From the NCBI GenBank assembly GCA_046540335.1, contig JBKHFH010000001.1, positions 8,045 through 72,044 on the forward strand: DNA of 64,000 bases, given 5' to 3'. Shown here in pieces: positions 1 to 8,790 of this stretch (positions are counted from its first letter, which is position 1; every line of letters begins with the position of its first letter). The stretch comes from Thermoplasmata archaeon. Its GTDB lineage: Archaea > Thermoplasmatota > Thermoplasmata > Halarchaeoplasmatales > Halarchaeoplasmataceae. Below the pieces are notes generated by a model, which worked only from the letters and a program-made list of their open reading frames with translations, was not told the origin of the DNA and searched no databases. Made by a program: the position numbers and the translations under genes.

Positions 1-103
1 GATTCATAATACCGGAAAGCACAACCCTTTTATACCACTTGGATTCTTAAGCGAAACCGCGCTATAAAACTCACTTCAGCAACATTAACATGGAGGAAAC
101 ACT

Positions 104-610
104 TTGCCTGAGGAAAAAGAAGATCAAGAAGAGGATGATTTCCAATACATCGTCCGGATGATGAATACCGACCTTGACGGAGATAAGCTAGTAGTCTATG
201 CTCTGAAAGACATAAAAGGAGTAGGCACTAGGGTCGCCGAGATGGTGGTCAACTCCACCGATGTGGATCCAAATGCCAAAATAGGATATCTAGAAGAGGA
301 AGATATAGATAAAGTTAAAAAATCTCTAGTCAATTTCACCGATCAGGCTCCATCGTGGGCCGTGAACAGAAAAAGAGACCCTGTAACTGGGGACAATGAC
401 CACGTACTCAAGAACGAGCTAGACACCGTCCACAGAGAAGATATAAACAGGATGCAGAAGATCAGTTCTTATAAAGGTATCAGACACGAGCGCGGTCAAA
501 AGGTCCGAGGGCAGAGAACGAAATCCAATGGAAGAACAGGTATGGAACTCGGAGTTGAAAAGAAGGTCGCTCGGGCTCAAGCTAGCGCAGGCGGCGAAGA
601 AGAGGAGTGA
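104..610 (+). CDS. rps13: 30S ribosomal protein S13 (uS13), with acidic C-terminal tail
   Basis: Typical S13 motifs (GVGTRVAEMV, KGIRHERGQKVRGQRTKSNGRTG). First gene of the conserved archaeal S13-S4-S11-RpoD operon. Confidence 0.9.
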   Translation: MPEEKEDQEEDDFQYIVRMMNTDLDGDKLVVYALKDIKGVGTRVAEMVVNSTDVDPNAKIGYLEEEDIDKVKKSLVNFTDQAPSWAVNRKRDPVTGDNDHVLKNELDTVHREDINRMQKISSYKGIRHERGQKVRGQRTKSNGRTGMELGVEKKVARAQASAGGEEEE

Positions 611-627
611 TCTAGAGGTGACATGAC

Positions 628-1224
628 ATGGGAGATCCAAAATTCAGTAGAAAAAAATTCGAAAAACCATCACACCCTTGGCAGGAAGAGCGTATAAAAG
701 AAGAGAACGATTATATCAGACATTATGCTCTGAAGAACAAAAAAGAATTCTGGAAAGCTAGATCCATCTTGAAGAACATACGGGCACAAGCAAGGAATCT
801 TCAAGCTCGCCTGAGGTACGGGGAAAAGCAGGCTAGAGAAGAGATGGATGCGCTTCTTGAAAAATTGAAGCATAAAGGATATCTTAAAGGCCAGGATCAT
901 ACTCTCAACGATGTTTTGAACTTGGGCGTTGAAAATATATTGAACAGAAGATTACAGACATTGGTCTATCACAAGGGATTGGCTCACTCAGCGAATCAGG
1001 CGCGGCAGTTCATCATCCACGGCCATATATCTGTCAACGGAAGAAAGGTTACGGTCCCGAGTTATATCGTTAATGAGGAAGAAGAGTCGACCATAGCTTA
1101 TTACCAAAATTCACCGCTTTCGGATGAACTCCATCCCGAGAGACCAGAAGAGGAAGTCACGCCGACTAGGATCCCAAAGATGATCGAAAATGACCAGGGT
1201 CAAGATAGCTATAATAGGAGATGA
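628..1224 (+). CDS. rps4: 30S ribosomal protein S4 (uS4)
   Basis: Archaeal S4 N-terminus ([17 protein letters not shown]) and an S4 RNA-binding domain. Operon position. Confidence 0.9.
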   Translation: MGDPKFSRKKFEKPSHPWQEERIKEENDYIRHYALKNKKEFWKARSILKNIRAQARNLQARLRYGEKQAREEMDALLEKLKHKGYLKGQDHTLNDVLNLGVENILNRRLQTLVYHKGLAHSANQARQFIIHGHISVNGRKVTVPSYIVNEEEESTIAYYQNSPLSDELHPERPEEEVTPTRIPKMIENDQGQDSYNRR

Positions 1225-1613
1225 AATTTATGGGTAAATGGGGAATAGCTCACGTATACGCTTCTTACAACAATGTGATAATAACTATCACGGATATCAC
1301 AGGTGCTGAGACTCTCGCTAAATATTCAGGAGGAATGGTCGTAAGACAGGACAAAGACCAGTCATCACCTTATGCAGCGATGGAAGCAGCCGAAAAGGCT
1401 GTAAAGGAGGCAAAGGATAAAGGCGTAACTAAGTTACATGTTAAGATAAGAGCTCCCGGAGGCAGTAAATCTAGGTCTCCCGGACCAGGTTCTCAGGCCG
1501 CTATACGGGCCTTTGCCAGATCGGGTATGAAGATAGGTACTATAGAAGATGTTACACCGATACCCCATGATTCCACAAAAGCTAAAGGTGGAAGAAGGGG
1601 CCGACGTGTGTAG
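1221..1613 (+). CDS. rps11: 30S ribosomal protein S11 (uS11)
   Basis: S11 motifs ([21 protein letters not shown] ... KGGRRGRR). Overlaps S4 by 4 nt. Confidence 0.9.
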   Translation: MKFMGKWGIAHVYASYNNVIITITDITGAETLAKYSGGMVVRQDKDQSSPYAAMEAAEKAVKEAKDKGVTKLHVKIRAPGGSKSRSPGPGSQAAIRAFARSGMKIGTIEDVTPIPHDSTKAKGGRRGRRV

Positions 1614-1631
1614 AGATAAGAAGGGTAAAAG

Positions 1632-2468
1632 ATGGAAATAGAAGCAAGAAAACTGGACGAAAGGAAAGCAGAATTATTGTTGTCAGACACTAATCCACCT
1701 ATGGCGAACGCACTGAGAAGAGTCTTGGTTGCTGATATACCGAAATTGGCTATTGAGGACGTCGAATTCCATCTGGGGACGATAGGTGGTGATGAGGATG
1801 AAAAGGAGTACGAAAGTGCGGCACCGCTTTTCGACGAGATAATAGCACATAGATTAGGGATGCTGCCCATCCCAACCGATCTAGAACTGTTCAGTTATAG
1901 GGACGAATGCCAGGAATGCGGCGGTGAAGGATGTCCGAACTGTACCGTGATATACAGCCTGAACAAGAAAGGGCCCTGCACGGTTTATTCTGGAGATCTC
2001 ATACCTGTGGGAGAGAACGACTTAAGACCAGTTGATGATCTCATCCCGATCGTGAAACTCAATGAAGATCAGGCTCTTCTGATGTACGCTACCGCTGAAC
2101 TCGGAACGGCCAAAGAACACGCTAAGTGGCAGCCGACGAGCGGTGTCTCCTACAAATATTATCCAGAGATAGATATCGATCAAAGTGAATGCAACGAGTG
2201 TGAAGAGTGCGTGGATGTCTGCCCTGTCGATATACTAGAGATCGAAGATGGAGAATTGGTGGTGACCGACGTAGAAAAATGCAAGCTTTGCTCCGCATGT
2301 GAAGAAGCCTGTGGCAGAGACGCTATTACCGTCGAAGGCCGCGATGACAAGTTCATACTCACCTTTGAGACCGATGGTTCTTTGGATACTGAACAAACAT
2401 TGAAGAAGGGACTCGAAGTGCTCGAGCAAAAGTTCGAGGATATGGTCGACCTCATAGAGGATATCTAG
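1632..2468 (+). CDS. rpoD: DNA-directed RNA polymerase subunit D (Rpo3) with ferredoxin-like 4Fe-4S insertion domain
   Basis: RpoD dimerisation motifs plus two CxxCxxCxxxCP cluster motifs (CNECEECVDVCP, CKLCSACEEAC) and a CxxCx5CxxC segment. Canonical position after S11. Confidence 0.88.
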   Translation: MEIEARKLDERKAELLLSDTNPPMANALRRVLVADIPKLAIEDVEFHLGTIGGDEDEKEYESAAPLFDEIIAHRLGMLPIPTDLELFSYRDECQECGGEGCPNCTVIYSLNKKGPCTVYSGDLIPVGENDLRPVDDLIPIVKLNEDQALLMYATAELGTAKEHAKWQPTSGVSYKYYPEIDIDQSECNECEECVDVCPVDILEIEDGELVVTDVEKCKLCSACEEACGRDAITVEGRDDKFILTFETDGSLDTEQTLKKGLEVLEQKFEDMVDLIEDI

Positions 2469-2652
2469 AAACTTCTGTCTATTCAATCAACAGATTTTAA
2501 ATATTTGAGATAGTTCTCTATCCACAAAAATAAGAAGAGAAAACAATTAATCTTTAGTGTGAGTGATGCAGAAAACCTTTCACACCCAACGCGAGTTACG
2601 CGGAAGTGATTTCCACTAACACGCAAGTTTCACTCGTAAACTCGTTCAACTT

Positions 2653-2664
2653 GCGAGGGTAGCC
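2653..2664 (+). repeat. Partial duplicate of tRNA-Leu nt 1-12 (GCGAGGGTAGCC), 52 nt upstream of the tRNA, embedded in an imperfect hairpin
   Basis: Exact 12-mer match to the tRNA 5' end at 2717-2728. The intervening sequence can pair GCGAG/CTCGC and CCGAGG/CCTCGG. Confidence 0.6.
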
Positions 2665-2716
2665 GAGGAATAAAATATTCCTCATTTCCCCTCGGTTTCT
2701 CGCATACGCTTCAAAC

Positions 2717-2801
<85 letters not shown>

Positions 2802-2907
2802 TTCAATTATCTTTCTGGATTTTTAGAGAAGGAGAAAAGTAAAGAGGAAATTTGTATACAACTTTATAGCTAATTAGAACCTTGCAAAAATATATGATAA
2901 GCTGTTA

Positions 2908-3099
2908 GTGAGGATATACGCCGACTCCTTCAAAAAGGATATTGCCATGGGTTATGGGGCTAGAGAATCCATAAGTAAGCTGGAGTTCCACTTTCAGGAC
3001 AACCTCCTAGCGAGGACATACAATAAGCTCAGACACATACGGCAGGGTGGTATTCTACTTCACCTGAAATTGAATCTAGATTTTGACGAGTTCGCCTGA
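2908..3099 (+). CDS. Hypothetical small ORF (63 aa) in the AT-rich spacer of the island; may be non-coding
   Basis: ORF track only. No recognisable motifs. Confidence 0.15.
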   Translation: MRIYADSFKKDIAMGYGARESISKLEFHFQDNLLARTYNKLRHIRQGGILLHLKLNLDFDEFA

Positions 3100-3400
3100 G
3101 ATCTAGCGGGAAAGACACAAGCAGGATGAAAACGAGTGGATTATAGTTGATTTAGAGAAAAAAGACTTTTATAAACTGCTTCTATTAGGATTAGCAATCA
3201 TTCACCCTTTTTTGGAAGAATAAAGCATAAGTGCAGATGATCTAATAGAGATTTACGATCGGCTGATCTCAACGAGACAAGAAATGACTTGAGTGCCGAC
3301 TAAGTTTTGATGAATGACTTGGACGAAAATACAGCAGGGTATATCGATTAAAATGACCCAGATACTGATGGATGAAAACCGATAGGTGAGAGATATAAGG

Positions 3401-3775
3401 CAGTATCACTCTTTCTCTTTGTATCCGGTTTTAGAGAGTAATTCGTCCATCTGCGCCGAATTCACACATTCCATCGCAACCTGGAGAAGGATGGCTTTAA
3501 AGAACTCTTCACCTTGATGGCTCTTTTTACATTCTGGACATATCTTTTTTTGGGGTAAATGTTTCCTGAAATCGGGATCATCTTTCATTTCATTGTATAT
3601 CTCTTCGGCAAAATCGATCAATTCGTTTCTTAACCCGGAGTCTTTAACGGCTCTCGAAACTTCTCTTCCTATACCTCTCATGTACCTGCGAGTGAAAACG
3701 AGGTCTCCCCAAACATCATCTCTGGTACCTATAGGGTTGTCCTCGTACATCGAGATCTCCTGGCAGGGCTGGTAA
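3401..3775. repeat. Direct repeat block A (copy 1), about 93-95% identical to 8031-8405. Covers the 3' half of the regulator gene
   Basis: Read directly: long collinear matching stretches with scattered mismatches. Confidence 0.85.
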
Positions 3776-4107
3776 TAACAGTACGACCTCCTTCCCATCT
3801 TATTTTTTCTTTTCTCTTCAGCTTCACCTTCCGTGGGACGACCCGGTTCGCTTTCTACATCCCGTTTTTCCTTTTTCTTATTGATTATACCTTGTCTCCA
3901 GAGATCTTTCACCGCAGAATAAATCGTAGATAGAGGCTGCCCGGTCTCTTCGGATATCTCCTGAGCCGTTATGCCTTCAAGACCGTTATTTCTGATAGCC
4001 TTCAAGCAGGCCCAAGTAGCTTCATTTCCGAGTACGTCTGCAGCCATGTCGCTGCTTACGGGGAAAAAATTGAGGTATTCCTTTTTCTCCATCGTATCAC
4101 GTTTCAT
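3406..4107 (-). CDS. Transcriptional regulator: N-terminal winged-HTH, Lys/Glu-rich linker, C-terminal domain with a CPECKK motif. Divergently transcribed from the surface-protein gene
   Basis: wHTH-like segment GITAQEISEETGQPLSTIYSAVKDLWRQGII. A C-terminal 3' fragment of the gene is duplicated at 8031-8415. Confidence 0.6.
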   Translation of the reverse strand: MKRDTMEKKEYLNFFPVSSDMAADVLGNEATWACLKAIRNNGLEGITAQEISEETGQPLSTIYSAVKDLWRQGIINKKKEKRDVESEPGRPTEGEAEEKRKNKMGRRSYCYYQPCQEISMYEDNPIGTRDDVWGDLVFTRRYMRGIGREVSRAVKDSGLRNELIDFAEEIYNEMKDDPDFRKHLPQKKICPECKKSHQGEEFFKAILLQVAMECVNSAQMDELLSKTGYKEKE

Positions 4108-4357
4108 GATTATGTAATTATATTATTTTAAATTTTTGTAATAACAAAATTATGTACCTAACGACTCGAGATTGGGTTGATATATTTTCTAGGGCATGAG
4201 AATTAAGTGAGGTAGATAAAATGAGAAGCCTAAAAATCGGGTTAGGAAGGAACCGCATGAGAAGGGAAATGAACGTAGAGATCGAATTGCAAGACGACCA
4301 GAAAAAGAAAAACTTTTTACGAAGAAGCAATAAGAAACCGTAGATAAGGTGATTAAT
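4108..4357. promoter_or_regulatory. Divergent promoter region between the regulator and the surface-protein gene. AT-rich, and contains a 40-aa upstream ORF (4221-4343, MRSLKIGLGRNRMRREMNVEIELQDDQKKKNFLRRSNKKP)
   Basis: Intergenic between divergent genes. Duplicated nearly identically upstream of the paralogous gene at 8461-8715. GGTGA Shine-Dalgarno before the ATG at 4358. Confidence 0.4.
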
Positions 4358-4432
4358 ATGAAAAAGAAAATATTTGTGTTTACTATCGCGCTTTCTCTGC
4401 TGCTCAGCGGGACGCTTGTCGTGGTCGGAGGC
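4108..4432. repeat. Direct repeat block B (copy 1), about 98% identical to 8461-8790. Covers the promoter, upstream small ORF and first 25 codons (signal peptide) of the surface-protein gene
   Basis: Read directly: about 270 nt identical from atatattttctagggcatgag to gtcgtggtcggaggcga. Confidence 0.9.
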
Positions 4433-5254
4433 GAACCGCGAGAGATGAACGAAAGGACAGAGATAAATCAAGATAGAACACCGACGGCTGAAGCCGAAGT
4501 AGATGATTCTGATCTGGGAAATATTTCTAATGAATATCCGTTCAAGGATGAGTATCCATCGGTAGGAGAGCTTTATGGATGGTATGAGGATTTGGAGAAA
4601 GAATATCCAAATTTGATACAAAATCACAGCTATGGGGAATCTTACAAGGGTTTAGATCTTTATGCGTGGGAGATAACCGCCGATAATGATACTGTTGTAG
4701 AGGAGAAGCCCACGGTTTTGGTCGATGCAACTATACATGCAAGAGAATGGTCAACCCCGCAGGTAGCGGCTTACTTCACTTGGAGACTCTTAGATGAATA
4801 CGACACAAATGAGACCATCAACTGGATTGTGAACAATAGGAGGATCTTTGTAGTTCCGATGGTGAATCCCGATGGGTATATTTACGACGGAAATGGAACA
4901 TTAGAGGAAAGAGAATATTGGCGAAAAAATCGCAATGACTCGACTCCTACAGACGCTATCGGTGTTGATCTAAATAGAAATTGGGATACCCATTGGGTGA
5001 AAGGTGATGATGAACCTTCAAATGAGACATATCATGGAGATGCTCCTTTTTCAGAAGCTGAAACTTATCACCTCAAGGAATTCATGATCGAAAATGAGAT
5101 AGATTCATATCAGAACCTTCACTCTCACTGGGGAACTTTATTGATTCCCTCTTCTAATATGACCGATCCAACACCACATGATGATTGGTACAGGGGTACG
5201 GCAGAACACACGACTTCTTTAACGACTATGTTGGGAGAGGACGAACAGTACTAA
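4358..5254 (+). CDS. N-terminal part of a secreted M14 zinc-carboxypeptidase / GLUG-repeat / PGF-CTERM surface protein: signal peptide plus most of the M14 domain, ending at an in-frame TAA (5252-5254)
   Basis: Signal peptide MKKKIFVFTIALSLLLSGTLVVVGG. M14 motifs HAREW, NPDGY, DLNRNW, HSHW. The ORF track start is GTG 4349; the ATG is at 4358. The reading frame continues in-frame past the TAA. Confidence 0.7.
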   Translation: MKKKIFVFTIALSLLLSGTLVVVGGEPREMNERTEINQDRTPTAEAEVDDSDLGNISNEYPFKDEYPSVGELYGWYEDLEKEYPNLIQNHSYGESYKGLDLYAWEITADNDTVVEEKPTVLVDATIHAREWSTPQVAAYFTWRLLDEYDTNETINWIVNNRRIFVVPMVNPDGYIYDGNGTLEEREYWRKNRNDSTPTDAIGVDLNRNWDTHWVKGDDEPSNETYHGDAPFSEAETYHLKEFMIENEIDSYQNLHSHWGTLLIPSSNMTDPTPHDDWYRGTAEHTTSLTTMLGEDEQY

Positions 5255-5275
5255 TACGGTCAACCTTATGAGGAA

Positions 5276-7840
5276 TTGGGTTATAGTCCTCCAGGGGCAG
5301 CTGATAGTTGGGTCTATGATGAAATAGGTGCACAAGCATATACATATGAGATTTACACCGGTGAGTATGAAGAAGATTTTGCTGAAGGATTCTACCCTCC
5401 AAAAGAAGACATCATGACCATCAATGAAGATCTAGATGATTCTCTTATATATCAGACCAGAGTAGCTGATGCTGATCTGGGAGATGGAGAAGATTTAGAG
5501 CATCCACCAGTCCCTTATTTGGTCTACGGTACGCTGGAAAATGAGGGGGGCGATCATCTTTCAGATATAGAGATTGAAGTAGAGAATCAAGAGACTGGGG
5601 AGAATCTATCTGTTGAGACAAACAGCAAAGGTTATTACGAACTAAATCTTGCGAATTTGATTGACCATGGTTATGAAATCGGTGACACTCTTTGCATTCA
5701 AATCGATCCAGGTACCACCATGATGAATTTTGACGTTGACGGAAACTGGGGTAAAAGGATAGACCTTGAATATACAGAGGGACCTCAAGTTACCACCGAA
5801 AGCGTATCCGCCTTGACTAACGAATCTGCAGAGTTTGAAGGTAGAGTTGAACTTGGAAATATGAGTTCCGTAGAAGGTTATTTCCAGTACCGTATGGAAG
5901 GGGAAGAGAGTTGGCAAGAAAGTGAGATAGAAGTCATCGAAGAGAATCGAACGTATGATATGGTCATAGATGGTATGGAATCAGATGAGAGCTATGAGGT
6001 TAGAGCATCTATAAAGTGTAACGAAGAGGAACAAGATTTTGGTAGGATATTGAGTTTTATAACTACGATTCATACATTAAACCTTGACTCAAGTATCGGT
6101 GGTGAAGTGATCAAACCTGGAGAGAGTGAATTTGAATATACATACGGCTCTGAGGTGACTATCGAAGCTTCTGCTGAGGAAAATTATGATTTCATCGAAT
6201 GGATCGGTGATGTCGATACAGTAGAAGATACTGAATCATCAGAAACAACGGTCGGGATCACTGATGATATAGAGATAACAGCACTTTTCCAAACAGGTGA
6301 AGGGTCTGAAGGAGATCCATACTTGATCGAAAATAGTCATCACCTGCAGAAGATGGAAGACAATTTAGAAGCTCATTATGAATTGGCTACCGATATAGAT
6401 GCGAGTGAAACTGAAGACTGGAACGATGGAAGAGGATTCGATCCAGTAGGTGATCAATATAATCCATTCGAAGGCACATTTGATGGTGGTAGGTATAAAA
6501 TCGATGACCTTCATATTAACCAAGAAAATATGGAATATACAGGTCTTTTTGGAGTCATAGGTGAAGGTAGCGAGGTAACGAATTTGGCCCTTGTAAATAT
6601 AAATGTAACCGGGAGTCATACTAGATCACATTGGGTCGGTGGACTTGCAGGAGGAAATTTAGGATTGATAAATAACACTTCCGTCTCAGGAGATGTGAAT
6701 AGTGGTGACGTCGCTGGTGGACTGATAGGGCAGGGCCCAGGCACAGTCAAAAATTCATATTCGACAGGGGATGTGACTGGAGCGCGATTTGTAGGAGGGT
6801 TGCAGGGAACGAGCAGCGGAAGTATCTTTACTTCTTACTCTTCTGCGAGAGTTGAAGGGACCGGTTCCGTCGGTGGCATTTTAGGTGGAAGTTGGGGAGT
6901 TATCGAGAACAGTTATGCTACAGGAGAAGTTGTCGGAGAAGATAATGTAGGTGGATTAGTTGGTCAGATAGGTATCCGGGTTAGAGGTTACAGTGATAGT
7001 GGCGAAGTTATCGATTCGTATTCTATAGGTAATGTTTCGGGTGATGATGAAGAAACACTCGGAGGTTTAGTAGGTTTCATAGAGCTAGGAGAGGTAACAG
7101 GTTCCTTCTGGAACGTAGAAACATCGGGGCAAGACGAATCTGATGGAGGTACTGGGCTACCCACTGCAGAGATGGTCAGAAGAGAGACTTTCACCGATGC
7201 AGGTTGGGATCTCGAAGAGAATTGGAATATCATCGAAGATGAAACTTATCCTTTCCTGCAGTGGCAAAAGGAAGATACATATCCCTACGCACCTGAACTA
7301 TACGAATTGACGATAAACATCGAAGGACAAGGCACGGTAGAAGTCTATGGAGAAGAAGTAGAAGACGGATGGACTCAAGAATACGTAGAAGGAACGGAGT
7401 TGACCCTCGAAGCGATCCCAGATGAAGGTTACGAGTTCGATGAATGGACAGGGACGGATCAGACAGGTGATGAGATAAACATAACGATGGACGAAGATAA
7501 AGATATCACGGCCCACTTCGAGGAGATCACATACAACCTGACATTTGTGGTAACAGACGAAGAGGGTGAGGCAATCGAGGGAGCAACAGTCACTGTAAGT
7601 GATGAGGAAGTGGAGACAAATGGGAGTGGCGAAGCGACCTTTGAACTTACGCAGGGAGATTACGACTACGAGGTCACCCATGACGACTATGAAAAAGAAA
7701 ATGGTATGATAGATAGCCTTGATGAAGAGAAGAAGGAAACTGTTGAACTTGAAGAGAGTAATGGAAGTCCCGGGTTTACTGTAGTACTGCTAGCACTCGG
7801 TGCGGTTATAGCCGTTGCGATCTATAAAAAGAAACGTTGA
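5276..7840 (+). CDS. C-terminal part of the same protein (same frame as 4358-5254): end of the M14 domain, transthyretin-like regulatory domain, InlB-B-repeat-like domains, DIDxSxTxxW domain, about 8 GLUG repeats, PGF-CTERM sorting signal
   Basis: Sequence from 5255 (YGQPYEELGYSPPGAADSWVYDE...AYTYEIYTGE) completes the M14 fold with Tyr248/Glu270 equivalents. GGLxG repeats. C-terminus PGFTVVLLALGAVIAVAIYKKKR. Confidence 0.7.
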   Translation: MGYSPPGAADSWVYDEIGAQAYTYEIYTGEYEEDFAEGFYPPKEDIMTINEDLDDSLIYQTRVADADLGDGEDLEHPPVPYLVYGTLENEGGDHLSDIEIEVENQETGENLSVETNSKGYYELNLANLIDHGYEIGDTLCIQIDPGTTMMNFDVDGNWGKRIDLEYTEGPQVTTESVSALTNESAEFEGRVELGNMSSVEGYFQYRMEGEESWQESEIEVIEENRTYDMVIDGMESDESYEVRASIKCNEEEQDFGRILSFITTIHTLNLDSSIGGEVIKPGESEFEYTYGSEVTIEASAEENYDFIEWIGDVDTVEDTESSETTVGITDDIEITALFQTGEGSEGDPYLIENSHHLQKMEDNLEAHYELATDIDASETEDWNDGRGFDPVGDQYNPFEGTFDGGRYKIDDLHINQENMEYTGLFGVIGEGSEVTNLALVNINVTGSHTRSHWVGGLAGGNLGLINNTSVSGDVNSGDVAGGLIGQGPGTVKNSYSTGDVTGARFVGGLQGTSSGSIFTSYSSARVEGTGSVGGILGGSWGVIENSYATGEVVGEDNVGGLVGQIGIRVRGYSDSGEVIDSYSIGNVSGDDEETLGGLVGFIELGEVTGSFWNVETSGQDESDGGTGLPTAEMVRRETFTDAGWDLEENWNIIEDETYPFLQWQKEDTYPYAPELYELTINIEGQGTVEVYGEEVEDGWTQEYVEGTELTLEAIPDEGYEFDEWTGTDQTGDEINITMDEDKDITAHFEEITYNLTFVVTDEEGEAIEGATVTVSDEEVETNGSGEATFELTQGDYDYEVTHDDYEKENGMIDSLDEEKKETVELEESNGSPGFTVVLLALGAVIAVAIYKKKR

Positions 7841-8030
7841 AGTATGGCTTGGGAGTAGAATCAAACCGTTTCCCCTTCATTTCTTTTATTTTTCTAAGAA
7901 TAAGTCCTTTCAACGTATCTAGAGTTTTTATCGCTCTCTTGCTACTGCTCAGAGGATTACTTTTTGCTGTTGTAGGCGAGAGAATAAAAAGAAAGTACAG
8001 ATAAGGGCAACCGAGAAAATGAACTATCAC

Positions 8031-8405
8031 TCTTTCTATTTATATCCGGTTTCAGAGAGCAAATCGTCCATCTGCGCCGAATTCACACACTCCACCGCCA
8101 CCTGGATAGAATGGCTTTAAAGAACTCTTCACCTTGATGGCTCTTTTTACATTCTGGACATATCTTTTTTTGGGGTAAATGTTTCCTGAAATCGGGATCA
8201 TCTTTCATTTCATTGTATATCTCTTCGGCAAAATCGATCAATTCGTTTCTTAACCCGGACTCTTTGACAGCTCTCGAAACTTCTCTTCCTATACCTCTCA
8301 TGTACTCGCGTGTGAAAACGAGGTCGCCCCAAACATCATCTCTGGTACCTATGGGGTTGCCCTCGTCTATCGAGATCTCCTGAGACGTGATAGCGGAGTA
8401 ATATT
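8031..8405. repeat. Direct repeat block A (copy 2)
   Basis: Collinear match to 3401-3775. Confidence 0.85.
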
Positions 8406-8415
8406 TCTGATAGCC
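8083..8415 (-). pseudogene. Truncated second copy of the regulator gene. Only the C-terminal roughly 110 codons are present, with no wHTH domain
   Basis: Minus-strand translation ...YQKYYSAITSQEISIDEGNPIGTRDDVWGDLVFTREYMRGIGREVSRAVKESGLRNELIDFAEEIYNEMKDDPDFRKHLPQKKICPECKK matches residues 110-220 of the 3406-4107 product. Homology ends abruptly upstream. Confidence 0.65.
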
Positions 8416-8460
8416 CCCATGCAGTTTTAGGCGGAGATCTTCTTTTTAATTCTATCAGTT

Positions 8461-8790
8461 TTCCTAATTCTGTAATTACATTATTTTATATTTTTGTAAT
8501 AACAAAATTATGTACCTAACGACTCGAGAGTGGGTTGATATATTTTCTAGGGCATGAGAATTAAGTGAGGTAGATAAAATGAGAAGCCTAAAAATCGGGT
8601 TAGGAAGGAACCGCATGAGAAGGGAAATGAACGTAGAGATCGAATTGCAAGACGACCAGAAAAAGAAAAACTTTTTACGAAGAAGCAATAAGAAACCGTA
8701 GATAAGGTGATTAATATGAAAAAGAAAATATTTGTGTTTACTATCGCGCTTTCTCTGCTGCTCAGCGGGACGCTTGTCGTGGTCGGAGGC
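8461..8790. repeat. Direct repeat block B (copy 2): promoter, upstream small ORF and signal-peptide codons
   Basis: About 98% identical to 4108-4432. Confidence 0.9.

Noticed and set aside
4118-4627. 169-aa minus-strand ORF (and its twin 8476-8865) overlapping the promoter and signal-peptide region
   Set aside because: Low-complexity, hydrophobic translation antisense to a well-supported gene and promoter. It exists in both copies only because the DNA is duplicated.
5252-5254. Stop-codon reassignment (TAA read as sense) as an explanation for the in-frame stop
   Set aside because: TAA terminates several well-defined genes in the window (for example at 34485 and 40160), so a genome-wide reassignment is unlikely. 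Local readthrough or an error remains possible.
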